From assembly GCA_964016885.1 (NCBI GenBank), contig OZ024743.1, positions 163,680,001 through 163,744,000 on the forward strand: DNA of 64,000 bases, given 5' to 3'. Position 1 is the first letter of the stretch; each line of letters begins with the position of its first letter. This document shows positions 60,595 to 64,000 of this stretch, piece after piece. Source of the stretch: Eledone cirrhosa. Taxonomy: Eukaryota. The notes beneath the pieces are model-generated. The model did no database searches. It saw only the letters and a list, made by a program, of their open reading frames with translations, and had not been told where the DNA came from. The position numbers were made by a program, and so were the translations under genes.

Positions 60595-62614
60595 CAAGGT
60601 ACAAATTCTTGTCCTTAAATGCTTGTAGTCTATGCAACAAGATACATCTTTTTGATTCCCACGTCAAAAGTATCGACCCTGATTTCATTATGGTCACGGA
60701 AACATGGGCACATTCCTTACTCTGTGATGGGGTTTTCAGCATAGCTGGCTACAACTTGTTCGCAAAGACCGCATTAATCGTTGTGGTGGTGGTGGTGGTG
60801 TTATAGTCTACGTTCGTTCAAACTTTTCAGCAATTCCTTGCATTGATTTGAACCAATTGCAACAAGAAGTATTTTTTGGCGATATATGTATGACCATGTC
60901 AACACTTCTACTTGGAGTTGTTTACTGCTCCCCAAATTACCATCAGGACACACAGCTTTGTGATATCCTCAGAGCTGCTTCCAAGAAAACAGCCACTTAT
61001 GTTTATATTGCAGGGGACTTCAATCACCCTGAGATTGACTGGGAAACCTTTCATTGGCCACAAAGTGCAAATGATTTCCTTGCACTAGTGCTGGACTCGA
61101 ACTGGTCCCAAGTAGTCACCTCCCCAACAAGAGGTGATAACTCTTTGGATCTAGTCTTCACCACTACTCTTGAAATGGTTATTAGTGTTACTAGTGAGGA
61201 ACATTTAGGTGACTCTGATCATGCTATGATCATTGCCAATCTGTTCCTCATGGACAGTAACAAAAACGACAACCATCTCCAAACTGCTCACTTTGACTGG
61301 AATAAAGCAGACTGAAACTATTACTGCACCGAGCTGCAATGTCCAAACTGGCTTGAGTTTTACAAGCCTGGAGATGTCAACACTGTACTCCAGAACATCC
61401 TGAGCTCAATATGGACAGCATGTGCAGCATCGGTGCCACGTAAGCAGCAAAAACATCCCAAAAGTGCAATTTGGGAGACTGCAGCAGTCCGTCTTGCCAG
61501 GAAAGTACATTGTAATGCTGAACGTGAATACAAACTGCATAAATCAGATATCAATAGGAAAAAGCGAAATAAATCATCCAACCATCTCAAGCAGGTGACA
61601 AAAAAGGCAGTGCTTGAATTTGAACAACGCATAGCAACCAACCCTGACAGTAAGGTGTTCTGGAAATATGTGTACACTCTAAGCAGAGGCCTCACTCTCC
61701 AATTGGTTCTCTTCGCAATCCGCACACAAACCAGATTACTGACAACCCCAAGGAATGCAGAGAACTCATTGCTGAATGCTATGCAAGCATTTTCACTGTT
61801 GACCAAAATCTACCATCTCCACCACCTCTGACATCAAATTCTATAAATATGGAATTTACACCTGCAATGCTGTGACATCATCTTAAGAATAAACACAATC
61901 ATGCCTCTCCTGGTCTTGATGGTGTTACGTACTTGCTTCTCAAACATGGTGGGTACTTTCTTCTGCACCAGCTTTCACTCTTCTTTCAATTCTGTCTTAA
62001 CAGTGCTACTCCGGAGCAGTGGAAAACTGCCTGTGTCATTCCTCTGTTCAAAAATGGTGACCGCACGTTGCCTGTCAAATATCATCCAGTCAGTCTTACT
62101 AGCTGCATTGCCAAACTGATGGAATCCTGTGTCAGAGAAACACTTTGGAACTTCTGGAATTCTCACAATCTTATCCAGCCCTTGCAATTTGAATTTATCA
62201 CTAACTCCAGCTGCTGTGATCAACTTATCAAGTTTCTTGAAGACATCACCCGGATCACTGATGGGGGGCCCATGGGTGGATGTTGTTTACCTTTTTAATT
62301 CTGTGCCACACAAAAAACTTATGTACCACCATGCATTTTGGGAGGAAAAACCCAGCGTCCACATACTCCCTCCACAACACTAATATCCAAAACGCTGTCT
62401 TGTGAACGTGACCTGTTCATTACTGACAGCAGCGATTTGCGTTGGACGAAGGACAAAGCACGTCTCTAAAATTGTCAAGAATGCCGAGGGTGTCTTAGCA
62501 TCACTCAGTAAGACCTTTGTCAGCCGCTCTCCAGCTATCTATTTAAAGCTGTATATAGCAGCCACACTTAGAATTTGCATTACCAGTCTGGAACTCCTAT
62601 CTTATAATGAAGAA
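60595..62614 (+). mobile_element. CR1/L2-group LINE ORF2 (APE + RT), degenerate
   Basis: LNACSL.NK, VTETW, GDFNHPEIDW, PTRGDNSLDLVFT, LGDSDH, WKTACVIPLFK, YHPVSLTS. Confidence 0.93.
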
Positions 62615-62958
62615 TGTAAGTCGTTAGATCAGAAGGCATTAAATAGACAAACTCCATTACAAGTATGTACTTCATTTATTCTTGCTTCACACTGTGAAAC
62701 TCATTTTGCCTGTATTTCCATGTGTGAGATATGACAGGATATGGCGTATCGAAGAATCGACGTTTTGACGATAGCAGATTTTTCTGGAGACTGGTCTTCT
62801 GTCTTAACTTCCGTTCTCTGGTCTAAGTAGTCCAGTTACTTGTATCGCTACGCCGAAGGTTTTGATTGGCTCACACTTCAGCCAATTTACTTCCATAACA
62901 TTTTTCTTCCGCCGAAGGAAATTACATTTAATTACAAAGGATATATATTACTGCTACA
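62615..62958 (-). mobile_element. Putative 3' LTR of the Ty3/gypsy element
   Basis: TGTA...TACA termini. Purine-rich agagggtga immediately before TGTAGCAG on the minus strand. AATAAA on minus strand. The CR1 coding sequence stops abruptly at 62614. Confidence 0.65.
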
Positions 62959-63276
62959 TCACCCTCTGCTTAGGCTTAAAGCCGACAGAGAAAAAAAGGG
63001 TAGCAGTTGCAAGAAAAAAAATATATATAACAGTAAATATATAATAAACAATATCAATTCACAGAAAACTAAATATTCATTTCACAGGAATGTCTGCGTT
63101 TTGCTTCAGAGAAAAAGAGGAAAATAAAAAAAAACTGAGCAGCAGAAATAGTCCAAAGTTCACATTAATTAATGCATTTAATATAAATACAAGAGAGGAC
63201 AAGAACTCAAAAAGCTTGCTCTATATAGCATAGTTCATATATATAGAGTCTTGCAAAGCTTCTTGGGCCAATGTAC

Positions 63277-64000
63277 TCAGCGACCACTACGTGTGGTGGT
63301 GACATATGTAGGTGGAGAAGGTGTGTGCAATGTTGCATGTGTAGCGTGTGTTGGCTGATGCAGAGTATATGTAGGGGGAATATGGGGCTCTTGTGTGAGA
63401 GTGTCTGTAAAGGCCCGTTTCACCTTATCGATGGATACAGTCTCTTTTTTACCACCAATGTCCAGAGTGAACAGTTTATCTGTGCGTGCAAGCACACGAT
63501 AAGGACCGGTATAAGGTGACCTGAGAGGAGCTCTCATGGCATCCTTCCATAGAAAGACGTAGGTCCACGAAGCAATGTCTTTCGGGACCGAAGACTTTAT
63601 TGTCTGTTGCTGAGGGTTCATAGGCGGAAGATTGTCAAAATAAGATCGCAGTCTGTTCACATACAGAGCTGGATCTGTTTCAGGTAAATCCATTGGGGTT
63701 AACATCTGACCCGGCAGAGATATAGGTACTCCGTAAACCAGTTCAGCTGGGGAGTATTCTAGATCCTCCTTGATAGCTGCACGACAGCCAAGAAGGACAA
63801 TTGGTACATACTCGCTCCATTGCTATTGACCCGGATAAGCACGCAATGCGGCTTTCAATTGGCGGTGGAAGCGCTCTATCATTCCGTTCGAAACTGAATG
63901 ATAGCTAGTCGTTCGGATGTGCTTAATTCCTAGGATCCTTAAAAGTTCTCGGAAGAGATGGGACTCAAACTGTCCACCACGGTCCATAGTGACAGTGGTT
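63277..64000 (-). mobile_element. Ty3/gypsy pol integrase C-terminus (continues beyond window)
   Basis: D(R)GGQFES, RTTSYH..SNGMIERFHRQLKAAL, PAELVYG, PLRSPYTGPYRVL (GPY/F motif), TTTRSGR. Confidence 0.95.

Overview
This is an AT-rich animal genomic window, not a prokaryotic one. Its repeats (RTE LINEs with (ATG)n tails, tRNA-derived SINEs carrying RTE ends, TA/CA microsatellites) look like coleoid cephalopod, probably Octopus; that is an inference from repeat families. Most of the window is decayed, nested transposable elements: many RTE LINE copies, a Penelope-like element split by a solo LTR, Helitron remnants, a Tc1/mariner, a piggyBac-type non-autonomous element, a GC-rich CRE-like retroelement, a CR1-type LINE and the 3' end of a Ty3/gypsy element. 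Among them are four splice-site-bounded, stop-free phase-1/phase-1 exons on the + strand (3147-3383, 40814-40978, 45466-45588, 50736-50822). These join into one reading frame of an unidentified host gene, with a ~37 kb TE-filled intron. Other notable features: a 32-bp satellite apparently amplified from a SINE head, with AABB higher-order structure; an 80-bp monomer array in an RTE 5' UTR; several degenerate hammerhead-ribozyme-like motifs; several long inverted repeats and palindromes; and a near-identical inverted RTE segment pair bracketing two exons. I found no intact autonomous element, CRISPR array or convincingly novel multi-gene system. Identities were judged by eye and most TE boundaries are approximate.
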